A DNA stretch of 64,000 nucleotides from Coriobacteriia bacterium (GTDB lineage: Bacteria > Actinomycetota > Coriobacteriia > Anaerosomatales > SLCP01), in assembly GCA_030603745.1 (NCBI GenBank), contig JAUVXE010000001.1, forward strand, positions 209,641 to 273,640, in the 5' to 3' direction. A program made the position numbers and the translations under genes. The notes beneath the pieces are model-generated. The model was not told where the DNA came from. It searched no databases and saw only the letters and a program-made list of their open reading frames with translations. Positions 25,554-33,939 of this stretch are shown here, piece by piece; within the stretch, counting starts at the first letter, position 1, and every line of letters starts with the position of its first letter.

Positions 25554-26476
25554 CGGCCCGACTCCATCGCGGTCTGGAAGCGCGAGATCAGGCGCACGAG
25601 GGCGACGAGGCCCATCGAGACGAGGAAGAGGATGATCGCCATGCCGAAGAGCGCCGTGCGGTGGTCGCCGGCAGCGTAGGGCATGTCCATCACGATCTGG
25701 GTGGTCAGCGTGGCGATCGGCTCCGAGATCGACTCGGGGAACACCGGCGCGTTACCCACGACCATGAGAACCGCCATCGTCTCGCCGATCGCGCGCCCCA
25801 TCCCAAGGATGATCGCGTCGATGATGCCGATCTTGGCCGCCGGCACGAGCACCTTGTAGATCGTCTGCCACGTGGTGGCGCCCATCGCGTAGCTCGCCTC
25901 GCGGATGCCGGGCGGGATCGAGCGCAGCGCGTCCTCGGAGATGGCGGCGATGGTCGGCACGATCATGATCGCGAGGATGAACCAAGCGGTGACTGCCCCG
26001 AAGCCGAGGCCGTCGGTGAAGTTCGCGACGATGGGCCGCAAGATGATCAGGCCGAAGAACCCGTAGATGACCGACGGGATGCCCGCGAGCAGCTCCACCG
26101 CCGGACGGACGATCGAGCGGACGCGGGGGGTCGCGATCTCGGAGAGGAAGATCGCGGTGCCCACCGCGAGCGGCGTGCCGATCACGAGGGCCCCGAGCAT
26201 GACGACCACCGACCCGTAGATGAGCGGCAGGATCCCGTACTCGGCCCCGGTCGGGTTCCACTCCGTGCCGGTGAGGAACGACCACGGGCCCACGGTGGCG
26301 AAGATCGGCCATCCACGAAGACCGACGAACGCGAAGATCAGGGCCACTCCCGCGACCGCGACACACGCGCAGACGAGGAAGAGGTTCTTGAGCGCCAGCT
26401 CCTTGAGATAGGTGGAGCGGGACACGAGCTGGAGGCCACGCGACTCAGCAGCGGGAGGCACCGGGGTGGGCGGCAT
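25550..26476 (-). CDS. pstC: Phosphate ABC transporter permease PstC
   Basis: The 395-aa ORF is trimmed to ATG 26474-26476, one nt after the pstS stop and preceded by GGAAGGA. The discarded N-terminus is Ser/Thr/Arg-rich. Confidence 0.88.
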   Translation of the reverse strand: MPPTPVPPAAESRGLQLVSRSTYLKELALKNLFLVCACVAVAGVALIFAFVGLRGWPIFATVGPWSFLTGTEWNPTGAEYGILPLIYGSVVVMLGALVIGTPLAVGTAIFLSEIATPRVRSIVRPAVELLAGIPSVIYGFFGLIILRPIVANFTDGLGFGAVTAWFILAIMIVPTIAAISEDALRSIPPGIREASYAMGATTWQTIYKVLVPAAKIGIIDAIILGMGRAIGETMAVLMVVGNAPVFPESISEPIATLTTQIVMDMPYAAGDHRTALFGMAIILFLVSMGLVALVRLISRFQTAMESGR

Positions 26477-26477
26477 C

Positions 26478-27362
26478 TTACTCGATCCTTCCGGAGATCG
26501 GCGTGAAGCCGGCGTCCTTGACGATGGTCCCCTGGACGGCTTCCGAGAGCACGAAGTCGATGTAGTCACGGGCGAGTCCAGTCGGCTCGCCCACGGTGAA
26601 GAAGTGCAGCAGTCGCTGCACGGGGTACTCGCCGGCGATGACCGACTCGGTGGTCGGTGCGATCCCGTCGATGGCGACGACCTTGACCTCGTCGTTGACG
26701 AAACCGAGCGAGATGTAGCCCACCGCCCCACGGGCATTGGCCACGACCGACCGGACCTGCCCGGTCCCGGGGAGCACCGCGGCGGTCCGGTCGAAGGGCG
26801 TGTCGCCCATGACGATCTTGTGGAACGCCTCGCGGGTGCCCGAGGCCTCGTCGCGGTTCACGAGTCCGATGTCCTTGTCGCGGCCGCCGACCTCGCTCCA
26901 GTTCTCGATCTCACCGGAGAAGATCGCCCGGACCTGTTCGGTGGTGAGCGCGTCGACGGGGTTGTCGGGGTGCACGATCACCGCGATGGCGTCGTAGGCG
27001 ATCGGCGTGTCGAAGAGGCCGAGTTCCTCCTCGGCAGGCTTGAGGTCGCGCGAAGAGGTGCCGATGTCGGAGGATCCGTGCGCCACCGTCTCGATACCCG
27101 CCGACGATCCGAGCCCGGACACGAGGATCTTCTTGTCGGGATTGCGGTCGTGGTACATCTCGCCGGCGATCTCGGCGATCGGGAGGATGGTCGTCGACCC
27201 GGTGACCACGAGTTCCGTCGCCGAGGCGGAACGCTGGCCACAGCCGGCGGATGTGAGGAGCGCGGCGGCGAGCACAGCGCAGACGAGGACACGGGCGGCC
27301 GCGTTCGTGCGTGTGTTCGAGCTGCTCTTGGTTGTGTGCGGCCGAAGAAGCCGGTTCGCCAT
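26478..27362 (-). CDS. pstS: Phosphate-binding lipoprotein PstS
   Basis: 294 aa with a signal peptide and lipobox (LLTSAGC) and a type-2 periplasmic binding fold (GSTTILP, SGLGSSAG). Confidence 0.92.
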   Translation of the reverse strand: MANRLLRPHTTKSSSNTRTNAAARVLVCAVLAAALLTSAGCGQRSASATELVVTGSTTILPIAEIAGEMYHDRNPDKKILVSGLGSSAGIETVAHGSSDIGTSSRDLKPAEEELGLFDTPIAYDAIAVIVHPDNPVDALTTEQVRAIFSGEIENWSEVGGRDKDIGLVNRDEASGTREAFHKIVMGDTPFDRTAAVLPGTGQVRSVVANARGAVGYISLGFVNDEVKVVAIDGIAPTTESVIAGEYPVQRLLHFFTVGEPTGLARDYIDFVLSEAVQGTIVKDAGFTPISGRIE

Positions 27363-28241
27363 CTACTCGCCCTCTGTGATCACAGCGAGCGCACCATGCC
27401 TCCCCGTGATCGGGTCGGCGCGGTACGAGAAGAACCTGTCAGTCCGATCGCGGGTGCACGCTCCCACCGAAGCGATCCGTTCGGGTCCCACGCCTGCGCG
27501 TGCGAGACTCTCCCGGACGGCGGCGGCGAGATCGAGGCGCCCGTCGACCGCGCCGATGGTATCAAATATGTTGCAGAAGTGCGAAAGCAATCTTTCATCG
27601 ACCTCGTAGCAGCACGAGGCGATATGGGGTCCGATGTAGGCGAGCAGCTCATCGACGTGAACGCCCGCGTGTCGCGCGAGGCGCTCGGCGGCGACACCCG
27701 GCAGCGACGCGAGCGCACCCTTCCACCCGGCGTGCACCACCGCGACAGCGGGACGGGGGCCCGCAACGACGAGCACCACGGGCACGCAGTCGGCGTAGAG
27801 CATCAGGACCGGCAGGCCGGGCGTACTCGTGATGAGCGCATCGGTCCCGGCGACGGGGTCCCGGAAGTCCGCGTGTCGCGGATCCACCCACGCACCCGCG
27901 CCGGCACTCCCCTCGTCCGCGAGGGCCACCCGGTCGCCGTGGACCTGCTCGGCGGTCACGAGACGAGGGCGGAGAGTCTCCAGTCCGAACGCGGCGAGCA
28001 GGAGCGACCTGTTCCGGTCGACCGCCGAGGGGTCATCGCCCACATGTGAGGCGAGATCGAGCGTGGCATACGGCGCGGCGCTCACCCCGCCGGTGCGCTC
28101 GGAGAACGCCACCACCACGCCGGTCGAGTCCCGAAGACCGAGATCGGTGTGGACCACCACGCCCGGAGGCGTGACGACACGATCGAGCGCGGGAGGGAAC
28201 GAACTCCGGTGTGGACCGTGTCTGTCAGCGGGGCGCATCAT
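27363..28241 (-). CDS. pgeF: Laccase-domain / purine nucleoside phosphorylase-like protein (YfiH/PgeF, ylmD equivalent)
   Basis: Motifs ADCVPV, HAGWKG and CTRDRTDRFFSYR. The start is uncertain: ATGATG at 28236-28241 was chosen, although the ORF extends to 28355. The stop TAG directly abuts the pstS ATG. Confidence 0.85.
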   Translation of the reverse strand: MMRPADRHGPHRSSFPPALDRVVTPPGVVVHTDLGLRDSTGVVVAFSERTGGVSAAPYATLDLASHVGDDPSAVDRNRSLLLAAFGLETLRPRLVTAEQVHGDRVALADEGSAGAGAWVDPRHADFRDPVAGTDALITSTPGLPVLMLYADCVPVVLVVAGPRPAVAVVHAGWKGALASLPGVAAERLARHAGVHVDELLAYIGPHIASCCYEVDERLLSHFCNIFDTIGAVDGRLDLAAAVRESLARAGVGPERIASVGACTRDRTDRFFSYRADPITGRHGALAVITEGE

Positions 28242-28327
28242 CACCGGACGATGATACCGTGTACGCGCACCGCCGCACCGACGACCTGACGACGCCACCG
28301 AGGCGTGTCGCAGTGAAGGGGGAGACG

Positions 28328-29206
28328 ATGGATATCGGCAGAGGGCTGGGAGCACCGTTCAAAGACGATGCCTGGATCGCGAAGGCCGCGCTCGGCGGCG
28401 TCTGGGCGGTGGTGCCGTTCACCGGGTTCGCCCTCCTCGGCTTCTATCTGGACTACGTCAGGAACGTCGCCCACGGCCGGGAGACCCCGCTGCCCGAGTG
28501 GAACGCGTTCGGCCGGTACTGGGTGCGGGGGCTGCTCGCCTCGATCGCCATCCTCCTCTACCAGCTGCCGGCGATCATCCTCCTGGCCTTCGCGGCCGTC
28601 CCGTTCCTGGTCGCGGTCGCGGTCGACCCGGCGGCGGACCCTGGTGCGGCGGGAGTGCTCGGCGCGGGCGCGCTCTGCCTCGCGTTCGCCCTCGCGGCGC
28701 TCTACGCCATCGGCGTGTCGCTCTTCCTCGGAGCGGCGCTCACCCACTACGCGATGCACGAGGAGTTCGGGACGCTCTTCGCGATCAGCGAGATCCGCAC
28801 GCGCCTCTCGGCCGGGACCGGATACTTCACCGCCTGGCTGATGTACCTCGTCATCGCGATCGTTGCCGGCACGGTGGGCGGCACGGTGGGCGGAGTGCTC
28901 GCGCTCGTCCCGGTGCTCGGCTGGATCGCCTCCGTGTTCATCTCCGGCGCCGTCGGGTTCCTCGGCTCGATCATGTCGGCGCACCTCTTCGGCCAGTACG
29001 CCGCGAGCGCCTACGGGCTGCCCGGCGTGGGAATCGCACCCGGCACGGTCGTCACGGGGCCCGTGACCCCGGCACCGCCCGCACCGCCCGCGCCGCCCGC
29101 TCCTCCGGCTCCCCCCGCACCGCCCGCGCCGCCCGCTCCCCCGGCGTCACCGCCGGATGCGCCGGGTGCACCCGCCGCCCCCGAGCGTCCGGGGACCGGG
29201 GACTGA
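28328..29206 (+). CDS. DUF4013-like polytopic membrane protein with a Pro-Ala repeat tail
   Basis: ATG 28328 is preceded by GGGGGAG. The N-terminus PFKDDAWIAKAALGGVW...LLGFYLDYVRNVAHGRETPLPEW matches my recollection of DUF4013. About 5-6 TM segments are followed by a (PAP)n C-terminus. Confidence 0.75.
   Translation: MDIGRGLGAPFKDDAWIAKAALGGVWAVVPFTGFALLGFYLDYVRNVAHGRETPLPEWNAFGRYWVRGLLASIAILLYQLPAIILLAFAAVPFLVAVAVDPAADPGAAGVLGAGALCLAFALAALYAIGVSLFLGAALTHYAMHEEFGTLFAISEIRTRLSAGTGYFTAWLMYLVIAIVAGTVGGTVGGVLALVPVLGWIASVFISGAVGFLGSIMSAHLFGQYAASAYGLPGVGIAPGTVVTGPVTPAPPAPPAPPAPPAPPAPPAPPAPPASPPDAPGAPAAPERPGTGD
29069..29146 (+). repeat. In-frame tandem 9-nt repeat encoding (PAP)7-PAS-PP
   Basis: ccg gca ccg / ccc gca ccg / ccc gcg ccg ... 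read directly from the sequence, inside the 3' end of the DUF4013-like CDS. Confidence 0.9.
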
Positions 29207-29213
29207 CCCTCGC

Positions 29214-29244
29214 GCCGCCCGCCACGTTTCGCGTGGTGGGCGGC
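29214..29244 (+). terminator. Stem-loop downstream of the DUF4013-like gene
   Basis: GCCGCCCGCCACG-loop-CGTGGTGGGCGGC forms a 13-bp stem with one G-U pair, 8 nt after the stop. There is no U-tract. Confidence 0.5.
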
Positions 29245-29267
29245 TCGCGCCACCGATGAGAACGCGC

Positions 29268-29299
29268 GAGAGCCCCACCGCGGCCGCGGTGGGGCTCTC
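29268..29299. terminator. Perfect 32-nt palindrome, probable bidirectional terminator
   Basis: GAGAGCCCCACCGCGG|CCGCGGTGGGGCTCTC, followed by TTCTCG on the plus strand. It lies in the convergent gap between the DUF4013-like gene and ftsZ. Confidence 0.6.
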
Positions 29300-29317
29300 T
29301 TCTCGCCGGAGACGATC

Positions 29318-29361
29318 GGGCCCTGATGCCACGGGGTCTCGCCGCCGCGGCATCAGGGCCC
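29318..29361 (-). terminator. Probable ftsZ terminator hairpin
   Basis: GGGCCCTGATGCC-N18-GGCATCAGGGCCC forms a perfect 13-bp stem, 20 nt downstream of the ftsZ stop. Confidence 0.55.
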
Positions 29362-29381
29362 AGGACCGGGTCACGCTCAGA

Positions 29382-30458
29382 CTAGAACGAGCGCTGCTTC
29401 AGGAAGGGCGGGATCTCCAACTCGTCCTCCGCGATCGGCTCGAACGTGGGCACCGAGGGGCCCTCGTCGACCGCGGATCCGAACTCCATCGACTCCTGCT
29501 TGCGCCTGCGACCCTCGAAGCCGGTCGCGATGACGGTCACGCGGATCTGGTCCATCATCGAGTCGTCGATCACGGCGCCGAAGATGATGTTGGCGTCCGG
29601 GTGTGCGGCGGCCGCGACGACCTCGGCGGCCTCGTTGACCTCGAACAGGCCGAGGTCCGAGCCGCCTGAGATCGAGAGCAGGACGCCCTGCGCCCCCTCG
29701 ATGCTCGACTCGAGGAGCGGGCTCGAGATCGCGGCCTTCGCGGCGTCGTGCGCGCGGTTGTCTCCCGCGGCGAGCCCGATACCCATCAGCGCGGACCCGG
29801 CATCAGCCATGATCGTCCGCACGTCGGCGAAGTCGAGGTTGATCAGCCCGGGGACGGTGATCAGGTCCGTGATGCCCTGGGTGCCCTGCCGCAAGATGTC
29901 GTCGGCGATCCGGAACGCGTCGAGGATGGACGTCTTCTTCTCGGCGACCTGCAGCAGGCGGTCGTTCGGGATCACGATCAGCGTGTCGACGACGTCGCGC
30001 AGGCGGTTGATCCCTTCCTCGGCCTGCAGCGCGCGCTTGCGGCCCTCGAACGCGAAGGGACGGGTCACGACGCCCACGGTCAGCGCACCGATCTCGTTCT
30101 TGGCGATCTCGGCGATGACCGGCGCGGCGCCTGTGCCGGTGCCTCCGCCCTCGCCTGCGGTGATGAAGACCATGTCGGCGCCTTGCAGCGCCTCCTTGAT
30201 CTCATTGCGGTTCTCCTCGGCGGCCTGCAGACCGATGTCCGGGTTGGCTCCCGCGCCGAGCCCCTTGGTCAGATTCACGCCGACGTGGACCTTGTAGTCC
30301 GCGTCCGACATGAGTAGCGCCTGGGCGTCGGTGTTCACCGCGATGAACTCGACGCCCTTCACACCGGCCTCGACCATCCGGTTGACGGCGTTGGTTCCGC
30401 CACCGCCGATTCCGACGACCTTGATGACCGCGAGATAGTTCGCGCCCGTCTCGAGCAT
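29382..30458 (-). CDS. ftsZ: Cell division GTPase FtsZ
   Basis: 358 aa with the tubulin signature [11 protein letters not shown] and a conserved C-terminal peptide [13 protein letters not shown] is preceded by GGGGAGGG. Confidence 0.98.
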   Translation of the reverse strand: MLETGANYLAVIKVVGIGGGGTNAVNRMVEAGVKGVEFIAVNTDAQALLMSDADYKVHVGVNLTKGLGAGANPDIGLQAAEENRNEIKEALQGADMVFITAGEGGGTGTGAAPVIAEIAKNEIGALTVGVVTRPFAFEGRKRALQAEEGINRLRDVVDTLIVIPNDRLLQVAEKKTSILDAFRIADDILRQGTQGITDLITVPGLINLDFADVRTIMADAGSALMGIGLAAGDNRAHDAAKAAISSPLLESSIEGAQGVLLSISGGSDLGLFEVNEAAEVVAAAAHPDANIIFGAVIDDSMMDQIRVTVIATGFEGRRRKQESMEFGSAVDEGPSVPTFEPIAEDELEIPPFLKQRSF

Positions 30459-30564
30459 TGGTTTCCCTCCCCGTGGCAGAAGGTTCGGTGACCCTTACTT
30501 AAACCTCAAGTTTACGGTTATGGTACGTGTGCAACGGTCAATCTTCGCATAAACCTTATGGGAT

Positions 30565-30632
30565 ACGCAAGAGGGAGTCCGAGATTTCCTCCGGCGGCGG
30601 TACACTCCCTCCTTGCGTGAGCAGGGAGTCCG
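30565..30632. repeat. AGGGAGTCCG direct repeat (x2) with an inverted ACTCCCT copy between them, upstream of ftsZ
   Basis: AGGGAGTCCG occurs at 30572-30581 and 30623-30632, and ACTCCCT at 30604-30610. CGCAAGAGGGAGT (30566-30578) can pair with ACTCCCTCCTTGCG (30604-30617). Alternatively, ACTCCCT can pair with the second AGGGAGT. Confidence 0.6.
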
Positions 30633-30693
30633 CGCCCCGGAAAGCGGAACAGGTCGCTACTGGATCGCCGAGGCGCACGCACCTCAGGAACCC

Positions 30694-31695
30694 TCAGGGA
30701 AGGTCGAGGCCTCTCCAGGTCGGGCGGTCCGCCGTCCGCACGTTGATGTAGACCACCCTCCCCTGCTGTTCGGTCAGGATGCCTCGCGCCACGGTGTCCT
30801 TGCGCGCGATGTCTTCGGCGGAGCCCACGAGGATCTCGATGTCGTCCGTGGTCATCAGCGTGGTGAGGTCGACCGAGGGTGCGGAGACAGCCCGGACGCG
30901 TGCGCGCAACTCGTCGCTGATGCCCTCCACCACCTCGATCGCGTTGATGAGCGCATCGGACCCCGCCTCCTCGCCGGGTACCGGCTCGAAGTCGGTCAGG
31001 TCACGCACGACCACGACCGTGTCGGTCGGCTCGGGCGTGCGCTGCTCGAGTACGGTGCCCGCCCGATCGACGAGCCAGAACGAGGCCTCGCCGACGTCGA
31101 CGAGCGCCACCGGGACCCGCTCGGTCACCACGAGTCGGACGCCATCAGGGAAGTCCCGCTCGAGCGCGACGGCCGCGATCCACGGATCGGCTTCGAGGCG
31201 CTCGACCACCTCCTCGACCGGAAGGCGCAGGAGCGTCGCGTCGGGGGGCAGCGCGGCTCGCTCGCGCACCCGCTCCTCGGTGAGGTAGGTGATCCCCGTG
31301 ACCTCGACACGAGTCACCGTGAACGCCGAAGACCGGTAGAGTCCCACCACGCCGGCGACCACGGCGGCGCCGAGGAGGAGCAGCGCTGAGATGCGGACGA
31401 TCGCCACCCGGCGCTGGCGGCGCAAGCGCTCCTCTCGGGCCGCACGCTTCGCATCGGCCGCCCCGCGACGCTGGCGCGGGCTTGCGCTGCCACCGGAACC
31501 CGACCGTGTCCCGCCCCTCGATCGTGCGCCCGGACCCTGCGACTCTACCTTTACTTTAGGGTCAGGGTGTGCCTCACCGTGCTGGAGCGGATCCCAGCGA
31601 AGCCCGTCACGCGAGCGTTCGGGGGTGATCGTCACGTGACGGCGCTTCGGCCGGTCAGCCGAGGACCCTGACCTCGGTCTTGAGTTCGACGCCAT
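30694..31695 (-). CDS. ftsQ: Cell division protein FtsQ (POTRA domain)
   Basis: Basic N-terminal tail, a single TM (VAIVRISALLLLGAAVVAGVVGLY), and a POTRA-like V.V.G segment. The start is ambiguous: ATG at 31695 overlaps murB by 41 nt, with an alternative GTG at 31635. Confidence 0.85.
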   Translation of the reverse strand: MASNSRPRSGSSADRPKRRHVTITPERSRDGLRWDPLQHGEAHPDPKVKVESQGPGARSRGGTRSGSGGSASPRQRRGAADAKRAAREERLRRQRRVAIVRISALLLLGAAVVAGVVGLYRSSAFTVTRVEVTGITYLTEERVRERAALPPDATLLRLPVEEVVERLEADPWIAAVALERDFPDGVRLVVTERVPVALVDVGEASFWLVDRAGTVLEQRTPEPTDTVVVVRDLTDFEPVPGEEAGSDALINAIEVVEGISDELRARVRAVSAPSVDLTTLMTTDDIEILVGSAEDIARKDTVARGILTEQQGRVVYINVRTADRPTWRGLDLP

Positions 31696-32560
31696 GCGTC
31701 TGCTTCACCACCCCTCTGACCTCGTCGATGAGAGCGAGTACGTCGGCCGCCGTCGCGCCGCCGGTGTTCACGATGAAGTTCGCGTGCACGTCGGAGACCA
31801 CTGCCCCGCCCACCCGCGCGCCCTTGAGGCCAGCGGCCTCGATGAGCCTACCCGCCGAGGCGCCCGGCGGGTTGATGAACACGCTCCCCGCGTTGGGCAC
31901 GCCGAGCGGCTGCGCCGACTTGCGCCAGTGGAAACGCTGGTCCATCACCCGCCTGATCCGGTCCTGCTCCCCCGGCGAGAGCCGGAGCGTGCACTCGACG
32001 ATCACGCCGAGGCCCGGCAGGCCGCTCTCACGGTATCCCCACGCGATCTCCGTGCCGCGCAGCACCCGCAGCCCGCTGCCGGGGGTGTAGAGCGTCACGC
32101 TCTCCACCACCGAGCCGATCCACTCCTCGGCGGAACCGGCGTTCATGGCGAGCGCGCCCCCCACCGTGCCGGGCACGCCCACAGCGAACTCGAGTCCCGA
32201 GAGCCCCCGGGAGTAGGCGTCCTGGACGATCGCTGCGAGGATCACGCCCGCGCCTGCCTGGAGCCGGTCGCCGTCGGCCCGGTGCCGCTTGAAGTCCTTG
32301 CCGAGCACGAGCACCGCCCCGTCGTAGCCCTCGTCGGCGGCGAGCACGTTGCTCCCCTTGCCGAGGACCGTCCACCGGACGCCCTCCTCGGCGAGGATGT
32401 CGAGCGCGTGCGAGAGGTCGGAGAGCGACTCGCAGATCGCGAAGACCGCTGCCGGGCCGCCGATGCGGTAGGTCGTGTGCCGGCTCAGCGGCTCGTCGCG
32501 GCGGACGTGGCCGGCGATGACCGAACGGAGCCGGTCGTATACGCGGGCAGCATCGCTCAC
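31655..32560 (-). CDS. murB: UDP-N-acetylenolpyruvoylglucosamine reductase
   Basis: 301 aa with an FAD-binding PCMH-type N-domain (YRIGGPA) and a MurB C-domain (AGSVFINP). Confidence 0.93.
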   Translation of the reverse strand: MSDAARVYDRLRSVIAGHVRRDEPLSRHTTYRIGGPAAVFAICESLSDLSHALDILAEEGVRWTVLGKGSNVLAADEGYDGAVLVLGKDFKRHRADGDRLQAGAGVILAAIVQDAYSRGLSGLEFAVGVPGTVGGALAMNAGSAEEWIGSVVESVTLYTPGSGLRVLRGTEIAWGYRESGLPGLGVIVECTLRLSPGEQDRIRRVMDQRFHWRKSAQPLGVPNAGSVFINPPGASAGRLIEAAGLKGARVGGAVVSDVHANFIVNTGGATAADVLALIDEVRGVVKQTHGVELKTEVRVLG

Positions 32561-33939
32561 GAAGACTCCTCGAGCGCGCGCACGATCTCGGGTCCGACCA
32601 TGGTGACGTCACCGGCCCCCATGGTGAGCACGAGATCGCCGGGGCGGACCGACCGCGCGATGAAGGCGGGGACCTCGGCGCGGCGCGGCAGCCACGCCAC
32701 GCGCGTGCGCGGGTGCCGCGCGAGGACGGCGTCGACGAGGGACTTGCCGGACACGCCCGGGATCGGGGTCTCCCCGGCGCTGTAGACGTCCATGAGCACG
32801 AGCCGGTCGGCCTCGGCGAAGGCCTCGGCGAAGTCGTCGACGAGAGCCTGCGTACGCGAGTAGCGGTGGGGCTGGAAGATCGCCCAGATGCGCGCCCCCT
32901 CCCCCACCGAGCCGCGCGCGGCGGCGAGCGTCGCGCGAACCTCGGTCGGATGGTGGGCGTAGTCGTCGACCACGCGGACCTCGTCCACGCAGCCGACCGG
33001 GTCGAACCTGCGCTTCACGCCGACGAACCCCTCAAGAGCCCGGGCCGCCTGTCCGACGTCCCGTCCGAGCGCCCACGCGACAGCGAGCGCCGCCGTCGCG
33101 TTCGAAACGTTGTGCTCGCCGGGGATCGCGACGCGGGCCGCGATGGTCGCGCCGTCCGGCAGGGTGACCTCGAACGCGTGGCCGGCCCCTTCACGCCGAA
33201 GCCCGCTCGCCCGCACCTCGGCGGTCGCATCGAAGCCGTAGGACACGATCGGGGCGCCGGCCCTGCGCGCGATCTCCATGGCACACGCGTCATCGGCGCA
33301 GACCACCGCCGTGCCGCCCTCCACGGTGCGCTCGAAGAAGCGCTGGAACGTCTCCTCCACCGCCTCGAAGGTGCCGTAGTGGTCGAGATGGTCCGCCTCG
33401 ACGTTGGTCACGAGCGAGACGAAAGGCTCGAGGTGCAGGAACGACCCGTCCGACTCGTCTGCCTCGACCACGTAGTCGGGACCATCGCCGCACCCGGCGT
33501 TGGTGCCGAACCCGCACACCTCCCCGCCGATGAGGAAGGTCGGCTCGGCCCCCATGCCGTGCAACATGGTCGCGATCATCGAACTCGTGGTCGTCTTGCC
33601 GTGCGTTCCGGCGACCGCGATCGTGCGCCGACCGCCGGCGAGATGGGCGAGCATGCGGGCGCGCTGCCACACGGGGATGCCGCGACGGCGCGCCTCGGCG
33701 AGCTCCGGATTCGTCTCCGGGATCGCCGAGGAGACCACGACGACCTCAGGGTCGCCGAGGTTCGCGGAGTCGTGGCCCACGTGCACCTCGACGCCCGCCT
33801 CACGCAGCGCCCTGACGTAGCGCGAGTCCTTCAGGTCCGATCCCGTGACGGCGACGCCCTGCTCGTGCAGGACGAGCGCGATGCCGCTCATCCCCGCGCC
33901 CCCGACCCCGATGAAGTGTGCGTACGCGCGCTGGCTCAC
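32557..33939 (-). CDS. murC: UDP-N-acetylmuramate--L-alanine ligase
   Basis: 460 aa with HFIGVGGAGMSGIA and the Mur ligase P-loop GTHGKTTT. Confidence 0.95.
   Translation of the reverse strand: MSQRAYAHFIGVGGAGMSGIALVLHEQGVAVTGSDLKDSRYVRALREAGVEVHVGHDSANLGDPEVVVVSSAIPETNPELAEARRRGIPVWQRARMLAHLAGGRRTIAVAGTHGKTTTSSMIATMLHGMGAEPTFLIGGEVCGFGTNAGCGDGPDYVVEADESDGSFLHLEPFVSLVTNVEADHLDHYGTFEAVEETFQRFFERTVEGGTAVVCADDACAMEIARRAGAPIVSYGFDATAEVRASGLRREGAGHAFEVTLPDGATIAARVAIPGEHNVSNATAALAVAWALGRDVGQAARALEGFVGVKRRFDPVGCVDEVRVVDDYAHHPTEVRATLAAARGSVGEGARIWAIFQPHRYSRTQALVDDFAEAFAEADRLVLMDVYSAGETPIPGVSGKSLVDAVLARHPRTRVAWLPRRAEVPAFIARSVRPGDLVLTMGAGDVTMVGPEIVRALEESS

Noticed and set aside
27372-27383. Perfect 12-bp palindrome CTGTGATCACAG, 9 nt upstream of the pstS ATG, considered as an operator.
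   Set aside because: About a dozen 6+6 palindromes are expected by chance in 64 kb. It lies within the last pgeF codons and does not resemble Pho-box direct repeats.
29069-29146. Short tandem repeat considered as a possible CRISPR-like or intergenic repeat array.
   Set aside because: The period is 9 nt with no spacers. It is in frame inside a CDS and encodes (PAP)n. No CRISPR array or cas gene is present anywhere in the window.
30527-30751. 74-aa plus-strand ORF in the ftsQ-ftsZ spacer, and a 66-aa ORF at 45446-45646 in the mraZ upstream region.
   Set aside because: Neither has an SD. Their products are basic and low complexity. They overlap promoter and repeat regions, and their codon third positions are not GC-biased like real genes here.
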